Shown in pieces: positions 50,264-62,308 of a DNA stretch of 64,000 bases. Numbering within the stretch: position 1 is the first letter of the stretch; every line of letters starts with the position of its first letter. The notes under the pieces are model-generated. The model saw only the letters and a program-made list of their open reading frames with translations, had not been told where the DNA came from and did not search any database. The translations under genes and the position numbers were made by a program. Source of the stretch: Anolis carolinensis (Eukaryota); assembly GCF_035594765.1 (NCBI RefSeq), contig NC_085841.1, forward strand, positions 28,751,636 through 28,815,635, written 5' to 3'.

Positions 50264-50546
50264 TTTTTTGTGTGTCAGGAGCAACTTGAGAAACTGCTTC
50301 TGGTGTGAGAGAATTGGCCATCTGCAAGGACATTGCCCAGGGGAGACCCAGATGTTTTGATGTTTTTACCATCCTTGTGGGAGGCTCCTCTCATGTCCCC
50401 ACATGGAGCTGGAGCTGATAGAGGAAGCTCATCCGCAGTCTCCCCAGGTTGGATTCAAACTGGCAACCTTCAGGTCAGGAACCCAACCTTCAAGTCAGCA
50501 GTCCTGCTGGCACAAGGGTTTAACCCACTGCACAACTGAAGACTCC
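50264..50546 (-). mobile_element. Vingi-tail SINE, full length
   Basis: Head, HDV-like body (50307-50401) and GCTCCTGACACACAAAAAA tail on minus strand. Confidence 0.88.
50307..50401 (-). ncRNA. HDV-like ribozyme fold inside the SINE body (activity unknown)
   Basis: P1 GGGGAC/..TCCCCT, P2 GAGAG(G/A)A/TTCTCTC, P3 GCC/GG(T/C), GG then GCAA, P4 GTC/GA(T/C), J4/2 GGCCAA in HDV order. Confidence 0.65.
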
Positions 50547-52270
50547 AAAAACCGCTGAGATATACAATTTGCTATTCTATTTTTTTTTTAATTTTTCCCT
50601 TTCTCTGTGCCTCTTTCAGTCCCCAAAATTTGATAGTGACATGACAGGAAGCAGCAACTTGCCTAACCCTATTGATCAACCATGTTTATTTTGTTGAGGC
50701 TGATGGTCTTGTTTCCTGGGGTTGCATTCCTACCACTGGAAATCAAGTGAGAAAACCTTTTCTTGTCCTTCCGCTCATAGCCCCCATCCCACGCCTTGCA
50801 AAAATCTTTTCCAGAAAGTTCCTCAATCATCACAGCAGAATTTTAAGGCAAAGGAGAATGAAGAATGTTAAGGCAAAGGAGTATCTTTTCTACTATATGT
50901 TTCCCAGCACTAGAATTAAATTAGGAGAGTCAAGGGGGCTGGTGCTTCCCTTGTGCCCAGGCACAGACATGCACATTTCCATATCAAGCACCTAGCAGTT
51001 CTAGTTTGCTCATGACAAAAATTGTGGAAGCCCTATGTATGCGCATACACATTTCCCACTCCTATTTAGGGCAGGCCCAAACTCTGTAGTGTGTATTCAT
51101 CCATTCATGTGGCAATTTCCACAGTGCGTTTTGCCAAGAAAGTGCCTCCACAGCTGTGCTCATTTATAAGGCTCCCTGTGTGAGAAACACTGCAAAGGCC
51201 AAGTGGGTTTGAGTTGTTGTGACAACCGCGTTTAAAATGTGGCCTCTAGCATATGTCACCTGATTTAATTATGACTCTGTTAAACAGGATAGTAAGTCCA
51301 AGCAGTTGATATAGGAGAATGCAGGTCTGTTTCCTGTGGTAAGGAGGTTTTTCGAAGCAACACCCTGTTTTATAATTCACCGTTTGATTGGGACTGAGCT
51401 CGAATATCCCAGCTTTTAAAGTTAAACTCAGACATATGCACCACATATGATGCTGTGAATACATGATGTAATGTTGATGGCTCCATAACAACCAAATATA
51501 TTTCAGCATTGCTCTTTGGCAGAGTTTGGACTCCCTCTGAAGTAGAAAATTAAATGGGTATAAATTTCATGGCGTGTGATTCAGGTCACCCTGAAATAAA
51601 ATCTTGTTTATTTTCTTAATTCTTTCTCCTTCCATCCCAGACAGCCTCTCCAAGCATACACCCACTCATGCACAGAGAGGGAGGGACAGAGCAAGAGTTT
51701 AATTATATTTTAAAACATCTCTCCAAATTAATAAAGTGTCAATTTCATTAAATGGAGTTGCACCAACTATGTCATTCTTTGGCTTGTCTATTGCTCTTCT
51801 TTGTTTCTGCAAAATTGTGATGTGAAATTACAAGCTATTTAATTGCAATCGCTGTCAGTTTCCCTACAATAAAAATTAGTCACCGCCTGACAGGAAAATA
51901 CTCCGTGTATAAATAATGAAGAAATTAGACAAGATCCTAATGTGTAAATATATGTAATTGAATACCAAAGTAAGGATTCATGTGCTGTGGAGGGGCTTAA
52001 GAACTGCTTTAAATAATTAATTGCATTTAGTAACCCGTAGAGAAATGGTAACGAGAGAACCCAAAAGAATCTAAAAATAATGCTGACATTGAAAGTCATT
52101 TTGCTAACAAGCAGTCTCTCTCTGAAGGACACAGTCCTCAGCTGATAAGAAGCCTGGAACAGAAAGGATTAAAACTCGACTCCCTTTTGGTAAAAATTGT
52201 TTCCTAATGTCTTATCACATTTCTATATTCTGTTTCTTCACTCTGAACTATAATGGATAATAGAGTGCTT

Positions 52271-52574
52271 GTAAAGGTAAAGGTTTTCCCCTGACATTAA
52301 GTCTAGTCGTCTCCAACTCTGAGGGTTGGTGCTCATCTCCGTTTCTAAGCCGAAGAGCCGGCATTGTCTGTAGACACCTCCAAGGTCATGTGGCCGGCAT
52401 GACTGCATAGAGTGCCATTACCTTCCCGCAGAAACAGTACCTATTGATCTACTCACATTTACATGTTTGCAAACTGCTAGGTTGGCAGAAGATGAGGCTA
52501 ATAGTGGGAGCTCACTCTGCTCCCCGGATTCAAACTGCCGACCTTTCGGTCAGCAAGTTCAGCAGCTCAGCAGT
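52271..52574 (-). mobile_element. Sauria SINE, near full length
   Basis: Family match. Confidence 0.92.
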
Positions 52575-52717
52575 AAATCAAGAAATCTTATTTACCTATT
52601 TGATAATGGCTGATAAAATTATCTACATGAAGAAGTAGAACTCCAATGAGATCCCAAACAAGGAAGAATGAATATTGCAAATATGTGACATAATGAATAT
52701 GGATAAATTAACATACT

Positions 52718-52885
52718 ATCATGGCCGGGATCACAGGGTTGTTGTATGTTTTCCGGGCAGTATGGCCATGTTCCAGAAGTATTCTCTCCTGACGTTTCGC
52801 CCACATCTATGGCAGGCATCCCCAGAGGTTGTGAGGTATACCTAACAACCTCTGAGGACGTCTACAAGAGGTGTGGGCGAAACGT
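52718..52885. mobile_element. Penelope-like element terminus with inverted duplication and hammerhead motifs
   Basis: 47-bp inverted arms 52792-52838 / 52839-52885; CTGAGGA..GGGCGAAACGT. Confidence 0.85.
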
Positions 52886-53144
52886 TATTTATACACAGGA
52901 AAAACTATTTGGCATATCAAAAAACGGAGCAGTTCACAAGAGAAACCATAAAACAGATTCATCACTCAGATGAATGAATTGAAAGTCACAAGGAAATCTT
53001 TTTTTTTTCTTTTTCTTTTTTCTTTTTTTTTCATTTTCTTTTTTCTCCCTGTTTTCATTCTACTTGCCTCTCCCTCCCACACCTACCCAAATCCCCCTTC
53101 CTACCCCACACATTTACCTTCACATCATTCCAAACTTCTTTATA

Positions 53145-53293
53145 AAAAGGTAAAGGTTTCCCCTGACGTTAAGTCCAGTCATGTCTGACTCTGGGGGTTG
53201 GTTCTCATCTCCATTTCTAAGCTGAAGAGCCGGCGTTGTCCTTAGACACCTCCAAGGTCATGTGGCCGGCATGACTGCATGGAGCGCCGTTAC
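53145..53293 (-). mobile_element. Young 5'-truncated Sauria SINE
   Basis: 11-bp TSD ACTTCTTTATA at 53134-53144 and 53292-53302; CpGs retained. Confidence 0.92.
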
Positions 53294-53297
53294 TTCT

Positions 53298-53298
53298 T

Positions 53299-53341
<43 letters not shown>
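53298..53341. repeat. (TA)n(GA)n microsatellite
   Basis: Directly visible; extends from the right TSD of the SINE. Confidence 0.95.
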
Positions 53342-55148
53342 CCATCACTTCTTAAAAACTTTAATAAAAATTATTTTAAAATAAAAAGCATATATTTCAA
53401 TAAATACACATATTAAAATACATGGAAGAAAGAAATAATAACTATATTTGTAACATAATAGAGATGGCAATAGAGGCAGCCTTGCTTGCTCTCCCTTTTT
53501 CTGTTTTCTTGCTGTTCAAGCAAGCTCAGTAAGGAGTGCTGGAGGCAGCTGCTGCTCACTTTGTCTGCTGCAGACAAAGCTACATCTTTAAAAGCTGAAT
53601 CATGCCCTTTCCCAATTCACCTTTGTTGAATGCATTGTTTATTGCTGGCAGGCGACAACAGTCCATGCTGAAAATCCTGCTGCTTTATTCAAGCTGAAAA
53701 GGGCCCACTACCAAGCCCTGGCAAATACATCTCCTCTCCAGCTTGCCTTCTCTTTCTCTATTAAACTAATAAATACACCCCATTCTTTAGAGTTTCCCTA
53801 CCCACCCAAAAATTCATAGGGTCTATATATACCTGCAACAATGCTTTATAGTTTAAAGTGTTGCTTTCCAGGATCCCCTTTGTTTTGTCTGACGTAGGTT
53901 CAGCACTTTGGATAACTAAAGTTCTGACTAAAGCTTGTCCTCATTGACCAAAAAACCAAACTCATGACAAATCCATTGCTGTCCCTTTCCACAATGGATA
54001 GTGATATTTAGTGAGTATTCCAAATATTCTAGGATTAATCTGACTTTGATCCACTTTAAACGATGTCGAGGATACTCTGGACAGATTCACCATCGTCAGT
54101 CATTACTGATCACGGGCAAAAGAAATACTATCAGTAGTCCTACCTGGATCAGAAAAAGTATTTTGTGACACTTATATAGGGATATTTAATTCGTGCTTTC
54201 TTTCAGCCTCTGACAGTGTTCTTATCCATTTATGTTATTACAACACACTTCAGAAAATCCCAGGCTTGGAAGGGAAGTTTAATGTTTGCTGTTCTGGGAT
54301 CATTTGCAGACATGCATGCAAAAAGGACAAAATCACTTTTAAGTCCGCCCGTAGGAAATCTATCTTGGCAACCAGACAACTAGAATTCGTTATTAAAGGC
54401 ATGTCAAATGAATAAAGACACCTCTGTGGGGGAAACCGCAGAAAGCACTTACTTTTTTCTAATGTGAATAGTGGACTAATACCAAATCTGTGTTCGTTTT
54501 TGACTCTTGCTTTCTGCTCCTGCACAGGAGGGCAGGCATAAGAAAGACAGGCAGTCCTGGGGGAGAAAAACCTCTCTCTTCTATTTTTTTTTTCAAGAAA
54601 CATATTATTATATATACCCCTTTCAAAACATAACAAAAAAGAATTGGCTAAGAAAGTTGTATGTCCTACCTTGCAAAAGATAATCCTCCATTTGAAAACA
54701 GCATCTTTTTGAAGTGTTGTCCATTACATGTCTGATTTCAAGAATTTAAAAAGCATTAAAAGGAAGACCCTGGAGATTGCCATCAAAATAGTGGGGCCCT
54801 TGGATACAATGTGCCAATGTGAAAAATGGAAAGGGTTCCTATTGCATTTTTTAAAAAGAACAGAATTAAACAGCATCCATGCACTACTTAAGCTGCACAT
54901 GGAAAGGTAGGTGGGGTCAAGCAAAGACTACTTGTAGGAAGATAAATCACTGAAATGGCATCAAAATGTTATTGGCAAAAAGTGTGGAAGTGATTGTTTC
55001 CATGCCAGTGTGTTTCCATTTGTTGAACAATGTGATGGCAATTTGTTGAACAAGTTGGTATGATAAAGCTCCAAGTCCCCTTAATTTCACTGGTTCTGCG
55101 AATTAAGCTAGGCTTAACCTAACAAGTCCTATCTACATTAGCTTAGCA

Positions 55149-55282
55149 CAGTGATTCTCAACCTGGGGTCCTCAGATGTTTTTGGCCTACAACTCCCAGA
55201 AATCCCAGCCAGTTTACCAGCTGTTAGGATTTCTGGAAGTTGGGGCCAAAAACATCTGGGGACTCTAGGTTGAAAACCACTG
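55149..55282. mobile_element. hAT-type palindromic MITE
   Basis: CAGTGATTCTCAACCT / AGGTTGAAAACCACTG; half copy at 34374-34460; relative at 59420-59542 with 8-bp TSD CTTAAGGT. Confidence 0.8.
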
Positions 55283-56761
55283 ACCCAGCAAGTCCTATCT
55301 ATTCTCAGTTTCCTCATACTAGAATGAATGTAGGACACTAAAAAGGAACCCTCTTCCAATACACAGATACACACATTTTGAGATCAAATATCCAATGGTT
55401 GTATAGAAAATGGAATTTCATCAGGTGTTCCTTGTTACCTGGTATTATGACAAGCAATGCCTGATGGAAATTTCTCTTCGTCAATGATATTAAAGGTCCA
55501 AGAGCCATCTCCAGTTTTCAGTATTTCAATCCTATTTGAACAGAAGGCTGAGGTAGCACATAGGACACCTGGGGTGCATCTACACTGTAGAATTAATGCA
55601 GTTTGATACCACTTTAATTGCTATGTCTCAAAGATCATGGGATGTGTTGTTTGGTGACACCCCAGCACTATTTTGCAGTGAAGGCTAAAGAAATTGTAAA
55701 TCCCCATGATTATATTTGTCCTTGAGTATGTGTAGTCAATAGATTTTCTCCACTGCTGCAAAGAAAATTGCTGGCTGAAATGTCCATTATGCTTAGTCAA
55801 AAACAATTTGATCCTGAGATGGCTTAGAGCAGAGTAAAACGTAACCTGTCAATCTTTCTGTTAGCAAAGCTGAAGATAAAACTTTAGGCCATGCTGTTAC
55901 AAAAAACATAGGCCTCACTTGGATGTTACCTAATACCTAGTAGGTGACACTATCAATGTTATGCAGCCCTTCCTGAATGCAGTGATGGCTGGTGAGTCCA
56001 TAGGGTGGTGAATTCTTTCAAGGTGTTGAACCTATAATGGCATGTGGCTCAGTTTAAAGTATGGTGAAAAATCTGGAGCAGATTCACTGATCCACTGGCA
56101 GGGAGCCACCACTGCTTCTGTGATCTAAATCTTTCCAAAGATGTAATTTGCAAAAATTTGATTCAAATCCTCCAGTGGGGAAATGGAACAAACTGTAGTG
56201 GTGTAACCCTGAGCAACAGCAGCAGCACCCACTGCTGGAAGCAGATTATCCCATTCTTGGAAGCAAAGGGCCCAATAAAAACAGAACTCTGTTGGCCTTA
56301 AACCTATCGGGACAATCTCCCTCGGCTGGATTGCAAGAAAAGCAAGCTCTTTGTAAGGCTTCCCGCCAACTTGCCTTGCCTCACACAAAGACTCATTCCC
56401 TTTGAAATTAATTAACTTCAGTGGTCTCCAAACATGGCCCTGCTTCTTCCCCACCCACTGCGCAAAACTTCGAGAGTCTTAATTTCACTGTAAATAAACA
56501 GGCGGAAATCGCTCTTTAATAAGAACGGGAGCTGGAGCTGTCACTCAGCAAGAAGCTCCCCTCATTCTTAGGCAGATGCCTGACTTCACACACACACACA
56601 CAGAGAAAGGGGGGGGGAGGGAGAGAGAGGGAGGGGGGAATGAATCAACCTATTGACTTTCAAAGGAGAGTTTAGTTTCAAGACAATAAGGAGCAAGACT
56701 GAGGCGTAACCACTATCTATCTAGGTTAAGACACTTAATGCCGTATTCATAGAAATTTATG

Positions 56762-57037
56762 TTTTGTCGTGTCAGGACTTGAGAAACTGCAAATCACTTT
56801 TGATGTGAGAGAATTGGCCATTTACAAGGACATTGGCCAAGGGATGCCCAGATGTTTTTGATGTTTTACCATCCTTGTGGAGGCTACTCTCATGTCCCTG
56901 CATGGAGCTGGAGCTGATAGAGGAAGCTCGTCTGTGCTCTCCCTGGGTTGGATTCATACCGGCAACCTTGAGGTCAGCAATCCAACCTTCAAGTCATCAA
57001 TCCTGCTGGCACAACGTCTTAACCCACTGCACCACCA
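56762..57037 (-). mobile_element. Vingi-tail SINE, near full length
   Basis: Family match to 50264-50546. Confidence 0.87.
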
Positions 57038-57719
57038 GTATGCAAAAATATGACTTTCTACCACTGACTTCCTTACATCAAGTAAAATTCCTAGCAAACA
57101 TCAAGGCAGAACATTTCTTGTGAATACTGTAATTTATACTGTTCTACCTCCTCCCACTACCATTCCATTATGAAAGAATTGCAGTAAAATTCAATCATAG
57201 GTACTATCAGGTTCTGTATATAGGGTAAGGGAGGGATCACTATGTTATCCTATACCACAAGCAGCAAAATATCTTGAGATATAGAACTGTAAGGCTAGGC
57301 TTAGACAGATGCATGTTTTAACATGGTTTGATGCTGCCTGGGGGTATCTAGGCACATCAGTAATGATGTCCTGCTTCTTATTTTCTACCCAGTTTTTGAC
57401 CAACTGGGTCTTTGGGAGGTTCTTGGGGTTGGTGGGTTCTGGAAGGCTAAAAATGCCAAACCACCACATTTGGGACATAAAGGTTTGGGTTAGTGCCAAG
57501 GGGCTGCAGGGACCATGAAAGTAGGATTTGAGAGGTGCTGGTTGCCAGAACTGGTTATGCCCCAGATGATATCCATAAGTGCCAGTTGAAACTACTGTGC
57601 TCCTCCATCACCTTCTCTGGGCATGAAAGGTGCAAGAAGTCCCTGCTGAAAGCATCAGCTCGGAAGCTCACATGGCATTTGTTGGAAATAGCAACCTCCC
57701 AAGCCTTTCACTATACATT

Positions 57720-58533
57720 TGTTAATGTATATATTTGCTAACTTGTATTCTATGTATTTTATGACTGTATCTCTTTGGTGTTGGAGGGACTATAGACATG
57801 TGATTATACTGAGCATGTTCAGACTCAGGGCTCCATTTTGTATTCAGTTTGCATCAGACCTCAGTGGAGGTGGATACATATGTGTTTGCTCTTCAATGGA
57901 TGCCTGTTTGCATCAGACCTCAGTGGAGATGAATGCATGTTGCTGTTTGGACTTCAGTAAAGAAGTGTGACTTATGTACTGAGTACAAATATACCTAAGG
58001 CTATGGACTGTTGATTAAGAACGATACCCTGTGTACTCAACACAGAGAGAAACTACGTCTTATCTGTAACTGAACTTTAATAAGATATGTGCCTGTATGG
58101 TGAATTAATACAAGATGTTTATGAGTAAACAAGATATGTTATTTTTCAAAGAAGACCTTGTTTTTTTATCTCTGAGTGCATATTTTAAACTAAAGGGTTT
58201 TAAAGGGAATGTATATGTTTTGGGCAAATGCAACTACAATTTCAACTTTAAAGAAACAACCATCCTCTGCTAACCAAATATATTTTTGTAGTGGCATGTC
58301 TTTGTCCTTGGCAGTTCAAAGATATGATTCTTCAGTTTAACAGTTAAGTTACCTGTGTGCCATTACATGCATGCTTGTGACTAACACTTGTTCAAAGAGT
58401 TGACTTCTAACAAGGTCATGCTTTTCTTGACTAGTGGTTTCCAAAAGGTGGTCTCCACATATTCATAGAGATTCACATTTGCCAAAAGGATATGTGCCCA
58501 GAGACTGGGTGCAGTTGTTTTCCAATAGTATTA
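57720..58533. mobile_element. LTR-like interspersed repeat, copy 2
   Basis: Collinear with 46866-47612; internal duplication of GTTTGCATCAGACCTCAGTGGAG. Confidence 0.6.
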
Positions 58534-59557
58534 CCCAGGCCATGGATGGAAATTGATGGCAAGATCTGAAACCAATCAAATATTCCACCCTGTCCTATTT
58601 GTTAGGTTTTATAAAAATAAAATAGGGAGTGGGGAGACAGTTATGTATATCTCTCTGAACATACAGGAGAGATGGATGTGGTATAAATCTAACAAATAAA
58701 TAGCCAAAGCCATTCATTTCGCATAGTCACCTTCCTATAAAAGCATGCTGCCTGTTGAAGACTGAGCATCTTTAAAAAAAGACTTTCTTTTATGGAAGCA
58801 GTTCTTAAAGCGTATAATGACAGGATATGTTTCTGAGAAATCTGAACGTTGTTGTTTTTCAAAACATTAAAAGTGAACCTGAAAGCAGATGCGCTACAAT
58901 AAAAGCATCCCCAGGAAGATGTAAGGCAACAATTACACCTAGAAAATTAGAAACTCTGGGGAACTTAATCAAAAAGGACAGTCTAATCAATGAAAAAGTA
59001 TACCACATGCTCTCAGAATAATTGCATTCCTGCCCAGATTTTCATAGTAACAGCCAGCACTTAAAGTAATTGCATTCCAATAAAGATCAGTGGTCGAGAG
59101 CTACTATGGCTTTAATATTTGACATATGGATCTCATCCTGCCAGAAACTGATGGCAAAAAAATGAAAACTTGAAATGAAATCAAAGTCAACAGCCAACAG
59201 ACTCTGCATGGTAACACAAACCAAACAATGGGAATCCTGTCTTGTTCCAAAATCTGTGTATATCCTAGTAAATAAAGCTTGCAGAGATGCAAGCAGAGTT
59301 GCACTTTCATGCCTGCTACTGGAAATGCCACTGTCCATTCCTTCTTCCCACACATATTTCTTTTTAACTTGTTGATTTAACTTTTTGATTAAGTCTTCAT
59401 TTCAGCAGCCTCTTAAGGTGAAGTTTCCCAAACTTTGGTCTTCCATATGTTTTGGACTTCAGCTCCCAGAATTTCTGACTGACTGAGGCTTCTAAGAGTT
59501 GAAGTCCAAAACAGCTGGCAAACCAAAGTTTGGGAATCACTGCTTAAGGTCAGTTGA

Positions 59558-59679
59558 CATTTGCATGTTTTCAAACTGCTAGGTTGGCAGAAGCTGAGGC
59601 TAACAGCTCCCTGGATTCAAACCGCCAACCTTTTGGTCAGCAAGTTCAGCGGCTCAGTGGTTTAACCCCCTGCACCACC
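59558..59679 (-). mobile_element. Sauria SINE 5' half (no tail)
   Basis: Family match. Confidence 0.82.
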
Positions 59680-59879
59680 ATCAGGTACTAAACATTCCAT
59701 TTGAGATGTTTCTACTGTTTAGGATATCTTGAATCATCTAGGTACTCATCAACTTTTTGACACTTATACAGAAAACCCATACAATTTGAATGCCTCTCTG
59801 AAATGAGTGAATGAGACAGCTAGTCACAAGAACACAGTGAGGGCCTTTTAAAGATCACACCAAAGGCTTATAGCTAGAC

Positions 59880-60023
59880 AAGTGCTCTACCTGCAAGCAC
59901 ACACCAATTTCTCTGCAATGCCAGCAATACAGCTTTATGGTATAATGCTAGAAAGCATTGACCATTTCCGCTACCTTGGCAGCCACCTCCCTACAAAAGT
60001 TGACATAGATGCCAAAATATATT
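59880..60023 (+). mobile_element. RTE-clade RT internal fragment
   Basis: IQLYGIMLESIDHFRYLGSHLPTKVDIDAKI. Confidence 0.72.
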
Positions 60024-60272
60024 CAGCTGGCATGGCTCAATGCCATGGAATCATGGGAATTCTAGCTTTACATTGCCGTTAACCTTCTCTGTACCTCACC
60101 AAACCACAATTGCGATTCCATTGCCCTGAACCATGGCAGATAAAATGGCAACAAACTGCATTAATTCTACAATGTAGATGCACCCTTATCCATACTTGGA
60201 ATCATTGGATCCATACTGAAATCATTAGATCTCAAGTCTAAACCAAATATCATTTATTTTTACTCTTACTAT

Positions 60273-60460
60273 TATTTATTTATTTATTTATTTGCAGTAT
60301 TTATATTCCGCCCTTCTCAACCCAAAGGGGACTCAGGGTGGATCACATTATATACATATAGGGCAAACATTCAATGCCCATATACACATAGAACCGAGAC
60401 AGAGACAGATGCAGAAGCAATTTAACCTTATCCTGAGGGGATGTTTGATTCTGGCCACAG
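60273..60460 (-). mobile_element. 3' part of an L2-tailed SINE
   Basis: Matches the 3' third of 1023-1539. Confidence 0.82.
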
Positions 60461-61663
60461 ATCCAAAAAGGAAGACAGGCATGTTATTATCACTTGAATT
60501 TCCTATATCATAATGCATATATAGACACATACCCAACTGGGCAGCAAGTTTTCTATTCTATAGTGTTGTTAGATTTCTGCAATAGGAAATGTACTACAGA
60601 TTTCATACCAAACATTAATGCAGTAATGAATTATTTCCCTGCCAGGTTCATAATGCAAATGAACCCACACAGTTGTATCCAGCCTGAGGTAGGATATGGT
60701 ATGATTACATCCGCACAGATTTGGTATCCATGTGAATACCGACTCCGAGCCTTGAATTTGCCATGATTAACCCCATCCGCTCTGCAAATCTACTTAAAAT
60801 TCCTTTGATCAAGCATTCCATCCAACCTTGAAGAAGTTAATAATAATGGTGGTGTTTGGAATTATCATGGCTGCTTGATGACTGGCAAGTTAATGCCATT
60901 TTCCTCCTGGCAGCTTACGAAGATTTAATTAAGCTCCTGGGTTTTAATAAGGGTCTCGTTTAATGCGGGGGGGGGGGACTCTTTTTGTGGAAATGACAGT
61001 AGGTTTGAATGGCTGACTGTATGCTGCCTCCCATAAAGTCCTTGGTCATTTAATTACTTATCGTGAAAATAATAGGAGCTTTGTTCATCTAGGAATAAGT
61101 AAGAAAAGAACTGGCTATAGGATAGCAGAAAGGAAGTTTTTCATTCTCTATCTTGTTATTGACCAACAGAACCCTTTATTCTTGGCTCCTCCAATTACAT
61201 GCAAGGAAATTAGGAAATGGCTTTGAAATGCTCAAGGTGTGTATGAGTGGGGGCTTTAGAAGTTCTAGCTTGGCATTTACCTGAATAAGTATATAAACTC
61301 CATGATGTTTCATCTACACATACAGAGAGAAAGAGAGAGTGCTGCTACTTCAAACACACACATAATTTAATGTACTAGTGTCTTGTTATAAATGAACAAA
61401 AGAACAATGGAAGTGGTTTCCATCTTGAATATGATACAACTTGCTATGTAGGAATAAAACTCCTGTGTAAACAGGAGATCACGCTCAGGTTCCATCAGTC
61501 TGAATTTTCTGCTGTCAGATGGTTTCAACAACTCTGACCTGACTTTGGTTCAAGGGGCATATGGTCTGAGTCTGAGTTTATGTGTTGTCCTTATGGGGCT
61601 TTATTTCTATAATGAAATAATACAGAAGGCTGAATTTTTGTCTACTTGTTGTGGATATCATAA

Positions 61664-61900
61664 TTTATTTATTTTATTTATTTATTTACAGCATTTATAT
61701 TCCGCCCTTCTCACCCCAAAGGGGACTCAGGGCGGATCACATTACACATATAGGCAAACATTCGATGCCTTTTAACATAGAACAAAGACAAGACAAACAT
61801 AGGCTCCTAGCGGGCCTCGAACTCATGACCTCCTGGTCAGAGTGATTCATTGCAGCTGGTTGCAGCTGGCTTGATCTCCAGCCTGCGCCACAGCCCGGGC
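61664..61900 (-). mobile_element. Short, internally deleted L2-tailed SINE
   Basis: Head CGGGCTGTGGCGCAGGCTGG..GAGTTCGAGGCC joined almost directly to the L2-type tail. Confidence 0.85.
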
Positions 61901-61951
61901 TAAGGAATTTCTTAGTAGTTTTCTTGGACTGGAAATTTGGAGAATTACATC

Positions 61952-62308
61952 TAATTTTCAGGAATCTTGCCTGGTATCGACGTGAGGATGACCTGACGGT
62001 AATTGTTTGAGTCGTCCTTTTTTCCCTTCTTGAAAATAGGGACCACATTTGCCTTCTTCCAATCTGCTGGGACTTTTCCCGTTCTCCAGGAACTCTCAAA
62101 GTTGATTGCCAGTGATTCTGAAATAACTTCTGCTAGTTCCTTCAATACTCTTGGATGTAGTTGATCTGGCCCTGGGGACTTGAATTCGTTTAGAGCAACC
62201 AGGTATTCCTGGATGACTAGTTTCCCTATTGGGGTTGGATTTCCCCTAATCCTTGGTCCACTCCATGTTGTTGAGGATGACTTTCTTTTTGTGAGAAGAC
62301 TGAGGCAT
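61952..62308 (-). mobile_element. CR1 ORF2 internal fragment (RT N-terminal part)
   Basis: LNEFKSPGPDQLHPRVLKELAEVIS..SWRTGKVPADWKKANVVPIFKKGKK..NYRQVILTSIPGK. Confidence 0.92.

Noticed and set aside
54040-54150. CpG-containing segment as a snoRNA or exon (CTGA boxes; CAG|GTAGGA on minus strand)
   Set aside because: No canonical C box, terminal stem or convincing acceptor/ORF; retained only as part of a possible conserved block.
46866-58533. Intact provirus or LTR retrotransposon
   Set aside because: No gag/pol/env remnants, PBS or shared TSD found between or around the repeats.
1-62145. Short ORFs in the supplied track as host genes
   Set aside because: All are 142 aa or shorter. The recognisable ones are TE fragments; the rest show no motif or supported splice structure. 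Small exons cannot be excluded.
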